From NCBI RefSeq assembly GCF_036321535.1, contig NC_087437.1, positions 88,538,001-88,602,000 on the forward strand: a stretch of DNA of 64,000 nt. The letters run 5' to 3'. This DNA comes from Camelus dromedarius. Lineage: Eukaryota. The notes under the pieces are model-generated. The model saw only the letters and a list, made by a program, of their open reading frames with translations, was not told the origin of the DNA and made no database searches. The translations under genes and the position numbers were made by a program. Below, piece after piece: positions 37,860 to 64,000 of the stretch; the stretch's first letter is position 1, and the number at the start of each line of letters is the position of its first letter.

Positions 37860-38310
37860 TGTCTCCAGGGATAACAATCTATCCCTCATTGTCTACAAAT
37901 GCCTGAACACTTCCAGGGCAAACCAATTCATTCACAAGTGTGAGCATGGGGACCCATGTTGTGCTTCTGGAACACAACAAAAGTCATGGACAATCAGCCT
38001 GTTTCTCTCATAAATATAGACTGAGAAACAGCAAAGAAATCTCTTTGGTTAAAAGCTTAAGGTGCGATCTGGAGATCTGTGAGGTGGCCCTGGATGGACT
38101 CAACCTAGGCTGTGCTGTACAGAAAGAGAAAAGTGAGAGACACAGAGAAAGGGAGATAAGAAGGTCAGAGAGACATGGCAGATGGCTTTCATTTCCTGTT
38201 CAGTCTCTCTCTATGGCCCGACCTCCATGAGTTCCAAGAAACCTCCATATCTCCTAATAATAAACAGCCATTCTTTTGCTCAATTTGTTCCTGATATTTG
38301 AAACCAAATC
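37860..38310 (+). mobile_element. Old MaLR LTR (MLT1J/K-like)
   Basis: gagacacagagaaagggaga...taataaacagccattcttttgctc...tttgaaaccaaa. Confidence 0.45.
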
Positions 38311-38334
38311 ATAATAGAACAAATTGTTTGAGAA

Positions 38335-39440
38335 AGCAACTTGGAAGACAAGCCAGAGACTGGGAGAAGGTATATGCAAAAGACGTATCTGATGAGGGAT
38401 TGTTATCCGAAACATACAAAGAACCCTTAAAATTCAACAATAAGAACAAATAACAATCCAGTTTTAAAAAGGACAAATGATCTGAACGATTTACTGAAGA
38501 AGATAAACAGACGGCAAATAAACATATGAAAAGATGCTCAACATCATATGCCTTCAGAGAATAGTAAATTAATACAACAGTGAAATACCACTGCATACCT
38601 ACCTGAATGACCAAAATCCAAAATAGTGATGACACTAAATGCTGACGAGGAAGTGGAGCAACAAGAAGTCTCATTCATTGCTGGTGAGAACACAATGTGG
38701 TACAGACACTTTGGAATAGAGTTTGGCAATTTCTCACAGTACTAAACATATTCTCACCATACGATCCAGCAGTCTCACTCCTTGGTATTTACCCTAAAGA
38801 GCTGAAACTTATGTCCACATGAAAACCTGCACACAGATGTTTACAGCAGACTTATTCACAATCACCAAAACTTAGAAGCAACAAGATGTCCTTCAGTTCT
38901 TGAATGGATGAACTGTAGTACATTCAGACAATGGAATATTATTCAGAGCTAAAAAGAAAGGTGCTACCAAGCCATAAAAAGGACACTTAAATGCACATCA
39001 CCAAGTGAAAGAAACCAATCTGAAAAGGCTACATACTGTGAGATTCCAACTATAGACATTCTGGAAAAGGCAAAACTATGGAGACAATGAAAAGATCAGT
39101 GGTATCAGGGGTAGGTGGGAGGGAAGAAAGAATAGGCAGAGCAGAGAGGATTTTTAGGGCAGTGAAACTATTCTGTGTGATACTGCAATTGTGAATACAA
39201 GTCGTTATACATTTGTCAAAAACCAGTAGAATCTACAAAGGAATGAATGCTAGTGTAAACCATGGACTTTGGGTGATAATGATGTATCATCATAGGTTTA
39301 TCAATTGTAACAAATGTATCACCCGGGTACAGGATGTCGACAGAGAGGAGGACTGTGCGTGTGCCGGGGCACGGTGCATACAGGAACCCTCAGTACTTTC
39401 TGCTCAACTTGGCTGTGAACCTAAAACTCCTTTAAAAAAT
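38335..39440 (+). mobile_element. L1MC-like 3' end
   Basis: gactgggagaaggtatatgcaaa...ccaatctgaaaaggctacatactgtgagattccaactata...ctgtgaacctaaaactcctttaaaaa. Confidence 0.9.
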
Positions 39441-40569
39441 ATCTTTTTTTAGAGCAATTTGAGAATGTTTTCAAGAACTTTAAAAATCTCATAAGTCAGA
39501 CTGAGTAATCCCATTTGTAACATCTATTTTAAGTGGGGGAGTGATATTCAAAATAATCCTACAGATAAATTGTAAAAATGCATTATGTTTTAAAAACAAA
39601 GATTTTGGACAGAGTTAACTGCATTGTTATTTATAAAAGTGAAAAGCAATACAAACACCCAACAATAAAGAAATGGCTAAAATATGATAGGGCTATACAA
39701 ATCAATACTGTGCAAAATTAAAACTGTTTACAAAAGCTGATTTAAAATTTGATAAATTAATAGTTTATGGTTTATATCACCAAGTGAGAAGACTATAATG
39801 GGAACACCTACTTACAGGCTTTACACAATTTTAAGTCTGGTTTGTACCTTATAGCACAAATAGTTAAAATTTTTAGAACAATTATTAAGGAAATTATGTC
39901 TAAGATTGTAATTTTAGAATTTCGGGTAGTATGGCAAACTACTGGGGAAGTCCTTTGTTGCTATTCCAGGCAATAACTTAAAAAAAAAAAAGGTTATTAG
40001 GGACAGATTTCAAGTGCTATTCCTCCTAAATATCATTTAGCTTAATTTTTAAAATATTTGATGTCCTATAGACTATTTAATTTTCTTAGCAAATTCTCTT
40101 TATAAACACATTGAAAAAAATACTTTTTTGTACATGTGAAATCTAAAAATTACAAGAACTCTGCAAGAGTGAAATACTTCTGATTACCTCTAACCTTCTT
40201 CTCTCACTAGAGAAGACTAATAAAAATTCAAAGACAGAGAATTCAGAATGAAGAATATGTCACTTTTAGAATAGAAAAAAAATGTACTACAAACAATTGA
40301 TTTGAAGATAAATATCAGTATCACTATTTCACAATGATCATGGTTTCTAAAGATAAATGAATGAATGCAATACTATCTTTAGAATGTAGACTAGGGATGG
40401 TATAGCGACCAGCCGTAACCTGACAGGCATAGATTTTATGCATGTAAGCAAGGATCATGTTTCATTAGATTTTTTTTGAAGTTTCATATTATGAAATGTC
40501 TCAAGATAACTTGGAACAGTAAATTATTTTTTTTCATTCTCTTATAATGCCAGTATACTTTGTGTGGAA

Positions 40570-40740
40570 AGTTTGCACCAGTGCAGATTCTGGAGTGGGA
40601 TGGCTAAGGTCAGAGGCTCTGACACAGTCCAGCTTAGTGAGAACAGAGCAGATCTCACAGAGACATTGTGAAATTTGCTGACATAACCATGCAAAGTGCC
40701 TTAGAACAGTGTCGACATCTAGTAAGAGGTTACTAAATGT
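40570..40740 (+). mobile_element. MIR fragment
   Basis: tgcaaagtgccttagaacagtgtcgacatctagtaag. Confidence 0.5.
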
Positions 40741-41284
40741 ATGTTCTTCATGAGAAAATTGAAATCAAGAGAGAAATGCTATCCCTCATTTTCATCTTCT
40801 CTACAAATTACCAAAATTTTATTCAATAGTTTACCATTTTTATTTATAATATAGTAAAAAGCCAATTGGCCTTTATAGTTTTTCAAAATTATATTGAGTG
40901 TGAATCAGTAGTTGGTAATACATTCATTCTCATGTTTAGTTTTCTATGCTTCTTTCAATTTAAACTTAAACATTCAGTTTCTTAAAATTAGGTGGCGTGT
41001 ACTTCTCTTGTTATTTTTCATATTTAATGAGAAGTTTCAAAAAAAATCTCATATGTATAAGTTTGTCATTGTATTAGTAGCAAAAAGACACTTAGTACCT
41101 TTTAATTTATTGTAGTGTTATTTCTTTGAGGGACACTTTTATCTGAAGTTGTCAAATAAAGTTTCTATTTCTCTCTTGTCTTCAGTCTGTACCCAAGAAC
41201 CAGTTTCCCCTCTGGGGCATGGATGATGTTTGGGGAAGAAGGAAGACGGTCCAGATTGATAAAGCAATACCCCTGGGAAAAGAT

Positions 41285-41375
41285 GATTAACATGTATAAA
41301 GGGATTTCCCTGCAGTATAAATACCAGCACGAGCCCTCCTGGTGCTTCAGCGCCTCCCTGATGTATATATGCAGG
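41285..41375 (+). promoter_or_regulatory. POU1F1: POU1F1 proximal promoter: upstream Pit-1 site (41286-41300), TATA box (41316-41323), Inr/TSS ~41348, downstream Pit-1 site (41360-41373)
   Basis: ATTAACATGTATAAA, TATAAATA, CTTCAG ~30 nt after TATA, ATGTATATATGCA. This is the arrangement of the positive (~-55) and negative (~+15) autoregulatory sites known for Pit-1 promoters. Confidence 0.85.
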
Positions 41376-41425
41376 TAGTGAGATTTGAAACGGCCCTTTG
41401 AGATGGTAATATAATAAAACTCTGA

Positions 41426-56436
<15,011 letters not shown>

Positions 56437-56649
56437 GGTTTCCTGTCATGTAATAGCCAGGTTTTCTATTTTTTCATTCCTTTCTCTTCTCTAGCCAAAA
56501 TAGAATTAGTTATTTGGTTAGCTTCAAAAAAAAATATCAGTAACTTTTGTAGAATCTATCCTTTTCTATTTTCAAAAATACAGTTTAAATTATATTGATG
56601 AATTATTCTCTGAAGCCACATTGTACATTTTAAGCCAAAGACTAAAAGG

Positions 56650-56655
56650 AATAAA
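56650..56655 (+). terminator. Probable proximal POU1F1 polyadenylation signal
   Basis: First AATAAA after the stop (214 nt downstream), followed by T/C-rich sequence. Further AATAAA at 56935, ~57387 and 57831. Confidence 0.55.
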
Positions 56656-57470
56656 ACAATGATTTTCTCTCTCCCAGTGTCTCTTTCTCCACACACACAC
56701 ATACACATGAGTGTGCACATGGGTCTTCTAGTTTAAAGGTTCTTTTTCCAAAGGCTATAAATCTGCTTTTTTGTTTCAGGCAGTAATGTCACATAAAGAA
56801 TATCACCAGAGAGGATCCAATCAGAGAAGTCCTTAACTGACATCCTGCTTGCATCATCTCTAATAGTTTTTCTGAACTAAAAGTTTTGCACTTATGAACC
56901 AGAGGTGCCTTAGAATTTTATTATTGCATGTAGGAATAAATCTTAATCAGAAGTGACACCTTTGAAGTTAACATTCATGGCATAGAGCCCAAAGAAGTGT
57001 TTCAAAAGAGATTTGTAGAAATACTAATTTATGATCTTTTTATTTTTCCCAGACATTAGCCTTTTTGATGTTTAGCTATGGAAAGTACACTCCATGGATT
57101 CTTGGGCCACACTACAATTTCTGTAAGCTGCAACGGTGCAAGGGAGATGTCCGGGTTGTTTGCTGTGGTTTCTCCGGCGTCCGGGAAAGCATCTCATCAC
57201 AGTGAGCATGCGATCTTTGTTACATGAACAAAGGGATGTGCTCTTAACAATGGCTACAAACTTGAAGGGTGCCTAATTTAATAACATAACTTATTTTTGG
57301 AATATCTCTAACTAGAAAATCATCTGGGGTCCTATCAGAAAAGACCATCACTTTTGGTTTAATTGGTTAGAATATGATTTACTATTAATAAAAAAGTTTG
57401 GTATATTGAGCTTTGCAATTCAGGGAATTGTACCTTAAGGAACATATTTATTTAATTTATAAGAATGTGC

Positions 57471-57610
57471 ACTGTACAGCACAGGGAATATAGCCAGTAT
57501 TTTATAATCACTTTAAATGGAGTATAATCTATAAAAATATTGAATCACTATGTTGTACACCTGAAATTAACATAATACTGTAAATCAACTATACTTCAAT
57601 TTAAAAAAAG
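57471..57610 (+). mobile_element. Short cetartiodactyl L1 3' tail
   Basis: actgtacagcacagggaatatagccag...gaatcactatgttgtacacctgaaattaac...caactatacttcaatttaaaaaaa; agaatg on both flanks. Confidence 0.85.
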
Positions 57611-58011
57611 AGAATGCATTTCTTTGAACCTTGTAGGTAGAAGCAAACTATGTAATATGATATCACTATCAAATAGTAAATTTTTTTTTTTTGCATTTTG
57701 AATGTAAATCTGCTGGCAATGTTTATATAACATTTTATATAACAAAACTGGAACAATTAGATCAAATTTTATTGTTTAGAATGCTTACTAAATAAACTGT
57801 ACTGTCCAGTCTCTTGCTTTTTATAATATTAATAAAGACCATGCATTACACAAGCCATAGTCTATGCAGATCATATATGTCTGTGCACACATACTCAGCA
57901 TTAATTGGATGGCTAGAAACTTTGATATATTAACAACAAAAAATTTAGTTTTCAGTAGCTTAATCAGCCATGTATAATCATGCAGCTTGTACCCAAGAGG
58001 AGTTAAATACC

Positions 58012-58048
58012 ATATATATATACATATACCATATATATATATATATAT
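58012..58048. repeat. Interrupted (TA)n microsatellite
   Basis: Direct reading. Confidence 0.85.
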
Positions 58049-59909
58049 AAAGGCTTTTCTTATTTAAGAGTAAATTCCCAATTAGTCAGCTATGTGGATT
58101 TACAAGTACTTTTCTCTTGATATTTCACCTACTTAAAAAATATATTACTTGGGGAAGTGATGCTTTAATTTGCAAAAGGCAGGGAAGAATGTATATATAT
58201 ACACACATAAAAATACATACATGCATGTCTTTGAAACTTGCAAATACAAGCAAAATGTAATGCAATATAAATCTAGAATAGTGACTTTTTGCACTTAAAA
58301 TATGGATCTGCTGGGTCTGTTTAATCTTACTTTATATACAGCAAAAACAAGCATGTATATATGCTTAGTATTCATTACATATGCATGCTTAGACCATAAT
58401 ATCATTCATTCATAGGTCTTTCTTTTCAAGTTTAGGTACAAGTAACATTGGAAAACAATTTTTCTCCCTAAAAAATATTTTGAATCAATACTTAATATTG
58501 AAATAGCAACTTCTTATTTAGCTATTCACTAGTTGTAAATGTGCTGGTATTTACTATTAACTCATTTGTATAAATGAGTTTTGAGCCTCTATTTTCTAAT
58601 TATATGGACATAATATTTTAATAGGTATTAGTCTAAAAACTAGAAAATGACTAATGTTATTTAGAATCCTAAGGCACAATTAAGCAAATGACAGATGTAA
58701 TTTACTGTGCAGTATCTATGTGTTCATACGTTTGGGAATAAACATCAAAAGCTGACTTTAGCCACACAGCCTTTCCGTTTTTGTGAGCTCTTCTTGTGCT
58801 AAATCTTCAGAAATTCAGTAGAGTTCCATTAAAATGGAAAGATCTGTTTTCCACTTACACAGATTGGTACATTCAGTTTTACCCTGTAGGGGTGGTTGAG
58901 AAATTCATTCACGTAATTTACCTTTCCGTCTCTAATGGTGGAGATATTTGGTTAGTTAAAAGAAATATTTTCAGTGTTTGGGGACAGGAGGTTTGTGTAT
59001 GTGTTTGTGTTGTGTTCAAGTTCTTGGGAGGGTAGCTTGGTGGGGACGGGGGAGAGTGTGTACTGTTCCAACAGTTGAGTACCTGAAATCAGACTTCATC
59101 ATCCCCAGGCTTCCTGGAAAACAAATTCAACTCAACTGACTCTTGAAGGAACTAAGGTTATAGAAATGGTCACACCTTATGGGACTCAGCTTCTACAGAG
59201 AGGAAATTGGAATGTTTATCTGTTTTCCTGTAGCTTCAAAACCGTATTCATGTAGGTAATGGCATTAGAGGAGAAAGTCATCATAGGTCTCTTTTCAGAC
59301 CCGGACATTCACCCTTTTAACGTAAGAGTGTCTGACACAGGAGTACATATTTAAATGAGGACCACTAAGGGCAGGCTAGAAGTGTGGATACTGGGCTAGT
59401 AAGGAATGTACATGTGGCCAAGGGGAGAGTGCAGGCTTCTCCTAAAGGCACTCAAATACACATAATAAAATACCCATCACTGTGCAGGTCAGATAACATA
59501 AAGCTCACTGGCCGCAATCCCGCACTCTGCTCTAGAGGGTCACAAACTCGAACCCGTGTCCACTTCCCCTGCCATGACCAGGTGTTCCCTCAGAGCTCAG
59601 AGGACAGCCTGTGCAACACCATCATCTGACAGGCAGTGATTTCATGTTTTCTACGGCAAGATGTTATTATCATCAGTATTGACATTTTCGAATCACATTC
59701 GACTTCTCTGATATTCTGAAATCTCCATCCATGACTTTTACACCCCGTAACAGAATGATATTGCGCTGCATTCCTTTCAGTGACAGAGAAATTGCTAAAC
59801 TCTGCCCTCTGTTTATTGGTAACTTTTTGTTTAAATACAGTTGTTAATGAAATCTTTTTGCCAAAAGTAGGAAATGAGGGCAATCAAGTTAAAAAAAATC
59901 AACATTTTC

Positions 59910-60075
59910 GGGGGAGGGTATAGCTCAGTGGTAGAGTGCATGCTTAGCATGCACAGGGTCTTGGGTTCAATTCCTAGTACCTCCTCTAAAAATAAATAAG
60001 TATAATTACCTTCCCCCCATGCCAAAATAAAATAGTTAAATAATACAATAATAAAAATAAATAAAATATTAAAAA
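59910..60075 (+). mobile_element. tRNA-derived SINE (Vic-1-like, camelid)
   Basis: ggggagggtatagctcagtggtagagtgcatgcttagcatgcacagggtcttgggttcaattcctagtacctcc (A and B boxes), then aaataaataa...tacctccccc and an A-rich tail. Confidence 0.85.
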
Positions 60076-60614
60076 AAATATATTTGTTAAACTCACTGTA
60101 TAAAAATCCTTGTTTCCTAATCTTAAGGAATCAAAATAAAGTTTTGTTTTTAGCAAAGGATACCATAACATCACAAATTTATAGTGATTGTGAAAAGTGC
60201 CACTGAAGCATTTTATAAATGTAGCCAAATCAGAAGACTCTACTCTCTCCTTTGGATCCCAAAGTTTTCCGTGGCATCCATGTTTGACTGAAATTAAAAC
60301 AAACAAACAAACAAAAAACCCACTAAGACCTGTTTAAAAATAATATTTAAAAAGTTATCCCCTGGAAGTTCCAGAAGATATTATCCAATAAATTTCATGT
60401 GAAATCATCAATCCTTAAAATGATTCCATTCATAAATCTCAGTCCTTACCAAGTGCTAATTCTTAAAAAAGCAATTACTATTAAAACACAAATAGCATAG
60501 TAATTTGTCCTTCCAAGAAAGTAATAAAAATCATTCTTTTGAAAAATTACCAGATATGCATAAAATTTTTAACTTTAGCAGAAACCAAAAAATAGTAACA
60601 GAAGAAAAAAAAGT

Positions 60615-62192
60615 ATAATAGCAATAAATCTTTATTGGTTTTTAACAAAATAATTTTTAAAAACAAAAAACCCCACATGTAAACAAGAAAGTAAATAAAG
60701 TTAGCTGGCATTATTATGTACATCCAAGATTCAAAACAAGTTCTGGGTTAACATCCCATAACCCATGAAAGGTTCTGACCCATCATGGTGCAGGGTAACT
60801 GTATTTGATACTATCAATAAAGGAACCTTATCTTTGAACATTATAAAATGGCTTATGGATTATAAACTATACAGTTTCAGTTTTTGTTTTTCCCACCAAT
60901 CCATATGCCATGTGTACTAATCCTAAAATGTATCTACATTATCATTATTAGTCTGAAATAACCATTCTCCCAAATTAACGGGGTTACAACTATCAGATCT
61001 CTTCCAGAGTTTTTCTGGTGGGATGAGCTAGAGCCCACATATGACATCATTTTTCAAAACTCACCTAATTCTAAGTTCTACCTAACTCATCTGCCACTTC
61101 TTCTTTCCTCTTACTTTCCATACATACATTAAATACCATAGCAACTTCACCTTAAAAAATACAGCTAATACATTAATACACATTCAGGCAGTAATTTCTG
61201 ACATGGTTGTAGTTTATTTACCAAGAAAAAAATGCTAATTTTTATTTTAAAATTTAGGTTGAGTTCTGTCACAGCAGTGTTATTTAATTGGGAATGATGG
61301 CTTCGATTTAGAGGGTTCAATACATCTTAAACACGGTTCAAAGTTAAAGTGACTAAATTCTAATTCATGTGGAGAAAATCTCTTCAGTTCTTGGAAGAAA
61401 GACTAAAATATACTGTTTCATTACTATAAAATGCTATTAATTCAGTGTCTGTTTTTTTGCTAATTACATTCACTTTTATAAGCTTTACAAAAAAGAGCCT
61501 GGATAATTTTTGTAAGAGGCTTCAATTTGAGTTTAAATTGTAATTCTTTACTGTCAGTTAAAATAATTTAAATATGTGCACAATATGTTTGTGCTGTTTA
61601 AGGCAGGTGCCAAGAATATTTTGAAAGGTAATAAACTTACCAACTAGAATGTTCTCCCAAAGGAAAAAAAAAAGAGAGAAGAAAAGCTCATAATGGTTTT
61701 TGTTTAAGACAGATGTTTAAATAGCACTCTTCTTTTAGATGATTTAAAAATAATTTGGCAGCCGAATCGCCTGTGGTCATAACACATCACTTACAAAGGA
61801 CAAGTAACAGATACAGAATTAATGATTTACTTTTAATATTTTTACAAGTCTCTTTAAGTTGGTGCCTAGTGGCTTTAACAAAATTTGTATTCAGTGTAAA
61901 AAGATTTGGAACATAAACAACACTAAGTAATGAATATAATTCTCTATGCCATGCAGAAAAGTTAACTTTTTACACATCATCACCCCCAAACAGTTCTAAT
62001 TAAAATCCAAACTGTTTCCATTTTGCATCATTGTCATTCTTTGGCAAAAGATTCAAAATAGCCATGGGCTAGGAAACAACTGTTTACTCATGGTCTTCAT
62101 TTTTGCAAAATAAATGTATTTTGTAAAAGGAATCTGCACTGTGCCTGGTTTATACTAAATTATGATAGGCAAAATATAATGGCTTTTTTTGA
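60615..62192 (-). other. CHMP2B: CHMP2B 3' UTR (approximate)
   Basis: Repeat-free, AU-rich ~1.6 kb after the stop, ending near an AATAAA on - at 60631-60636 that is followed by U-rich sequence. Confidence 0.6.
60631..60636 (-). terminator. Probable CHMP2B polyadenylation signal
   Basis: tttatt on + = AATAAA on -, with a downstream T-rich tract on -. Confidence 0.55.
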
Positions 62193-62303
62193 TTAATCTA
62201 CTCCTAAAGCTTTGAGTTGCCGTTCAATCTCTTCATCGGAGATTGTAGCCTTTGAAGTAGAGGCTGATGGTAAGCTTCGGGCAGCTGATGGAGCTTTGGC
62301 CAT
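62193..62303 (-). CDS. CHMP2B: CHMP2B last coding exon (C-terminal MIM, stop)
   Basis: Reverse complement: tgtag|ATG GCC AAA... = MAKAPSAARSLPSASTSKATISDEEIERQLKALGVD*. Synteny with POU1F1 is as in other amniotes. Upstream exons lie beyond the window end. Confidence 0.97.
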   Translation of the reverse strand: MAKAPSAARSLPSASTSKATISDEEIERQLKALGVD

Positions 62304-62508
62304 CTACATTAAAAAGAGGAAAAGAGAAAAAAATGTGCATTATATTATCAAACTTTTGGGTTAGAACATAAAGGATGTGCTGCAAAGAGGTTTAATTTAC
62401 TTTCCAAACAAATATTGAAAACATGCACCTAACATAAAGGGAAATTTAATTAAGTGACAAAAGTGGTAGAGAAAATATTTCTGAATGAGAAAAATTAGAT
62501 GTTCATAC

Positions 62509-62615
62509 CTTTCCAGAGATTTCAATTCCAATTTCATCAAGAACTTGATTCACAATATCTTGGCTTTCTTCTTCATCATCAGAACCATCAAAGATGTCAT
62601 CAAGGGTGTCATTGA
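62509..62615 (-). CDS. CHMP2B: CHMP2B penultimate coding exon (exon 5 in human numbering), ESCRT-III subunit
   Basis: Reverse complement: ccccccctcaag|TC AAT GAC ACC... = (I)NDTLDDIFDGSDDEEESQDIVNQVLDEIGIEISGK, donor AAG|gtatga; 107 nt. Confidence 0.96.
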
Positions 62616-64000
62616 CTTGAGGGGGGGAACAAAACAGTTACTTTCAAACAGATTTCAGGTTGGGTTTCTATTTTTAGAAGAAGGCCCAACTTTGTAAATT
62701 TACATAGTACAATAAAATTGATGAGCAGATGGGAAAAATGAAGACCTTAGGTAGTTTACACTTAAGTAGAGAAGAAAAAGATTAAAAAACAGATTGTGAT
62801 AAATGGAAAGGTAAATGATTATAAAGCTTCAAAGGGAAGAGATTACATTCTTCCTTTTGGGGGTTAAGTATCACCTGAGGGGCTCCTTCAAGGACACAGA
62901 GGATTTAAAGGAACAGAGACAGAGAAGCATAAGCAAAGATGGGGTGGAGGGTGACGGGACACAAATAAGGAAGAGTAAGTTCTTCTGTTTGGTTATTTAA
63001 GATGTGTAAGGGGAAAAGAATTAAAGCAGCTGGCCTGTGATCACACCTAACTCAATCACTGGGGAATGTCCCCAGAGGAAGAAAGACAAGAAACCTAGCC
63101 TGATCTCTCTGTAAGAATGCTGCTAACTGGGCTCCTGGTAAACAGACTGATATTTGCTAGCAAGAGAGTCCTTGTCTATGGGATGCTCTTAGCAAGCTGT
63201 CCAAGATTTAGGGTTGCTACAGCTATACTCTATCGGTTTACAGGTCATGACTCCCTAGAAAATATCACATAAGGTAGGTGACCATCTGAGCAATAAATGT
63301 AACTTATTTCCTAAAGCACATGCTCTCTCCAATCTAAGATGATAAGAAACCTATCAGATACATCATCTATTCTGCGTCAAAGAGCTCATGTCTAATACGG
63401 GAGGAAGAGACCTGGGGAAGTGTCTGGGACGCCCAAGCCCTCTCCCTGTGCTGCACGTGCATCTTCACAGCCTGTATCCTTGGCATTACTTACAAAGCTT
63501 GATACTGGTTAAGATCTCTGATTTGTATGAGCATGGTTTGACAATCTGAGTTTTTGTGTTAGTTTAATAGTATAAAGTCAATTTGGAAAAATGCTAAAGA
63601 GCTTAAGGCCAAAAAAATGGAGTATAATCTCTGAAGAAGTAAAGTGAATGTTAAGGCTTTAATTAGCATCTCAATTCTTCCACTTGGTGCCTGTGCAACT
63701 TTGCTGGGAAGTCATTTTACCTCTCTGGGCCTCAGTGTTCTCAACGACAAAACAAAGGGGCTTGACCAGCAACTTGTTTTTGATTTATGATCTGGATCTT
63801 ATTTTGTAGTCAGAATTACTGTGGGAACCTGACTGGGATGCTCAGAGGTAAACTTCTGGAAAAATCATTTAGCAGTTGACACTCAGCTGGTAGTGACGTA
63901 ACAAGGGAGGTGGGGAGTCCAGGTCAGAGTCCATAACGGCCTGAAAGAAAAAAGTACTTGCAGAAAAAAATGAAAGAAAAGGATAGAAGAGAAACACCAG

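Noticed and set aside
41140..41260. cAMP response elements as in the rodent Pit-1 promoter
   Set aside because: No TGACG(TCA) match seen in this interval.
59910..59985. tRNA gene
   Set aside because: A and B boxes are present, but it is followed by a SINE body and A-rich tail and lacks a proper cloverleaf; it is a SINE head.

Overview
Mammalian, AT-rich genomic DNA, most likely camelid (Camelus/Vicugna/Lama) given a Vic-1-type tRNA-derived SINE at ~59.9 kb. The window holds the complete six-exon POU1F1 (Pit-1/GHF-1) gene on + (ATG 41471, stop 56436; 876-nt CDS, 291 aa, with an intact 78-nt beta insert), its TATA promoter with autoregulatory sites, and a probable orthologue of the -10 kb distal enhancer (DR4 at 31277-31292). 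The last two coding exons and 3' UTR of CHMP2B converge on -. The rest is rich in L1, MLT/ERVL LTRs, Tigger1, hAT MERs and MIR/L2. Two observations stand out. (1) POU1F1 intron 2 contains a recognisable relic of the extra transactivation-domain exon of bird/fish Pit-1 (48871-48980). (2) A chain of phase-compatible, splice-site-bounded, K/E-rich pseudo-exons runs on - from ~31.1 kb to ~0.4 kb and may be an unannotated decayed multi-exon gene head-to-head with POU1F1. Repeat family names and cross-species comparisons are from recall, not database searches.
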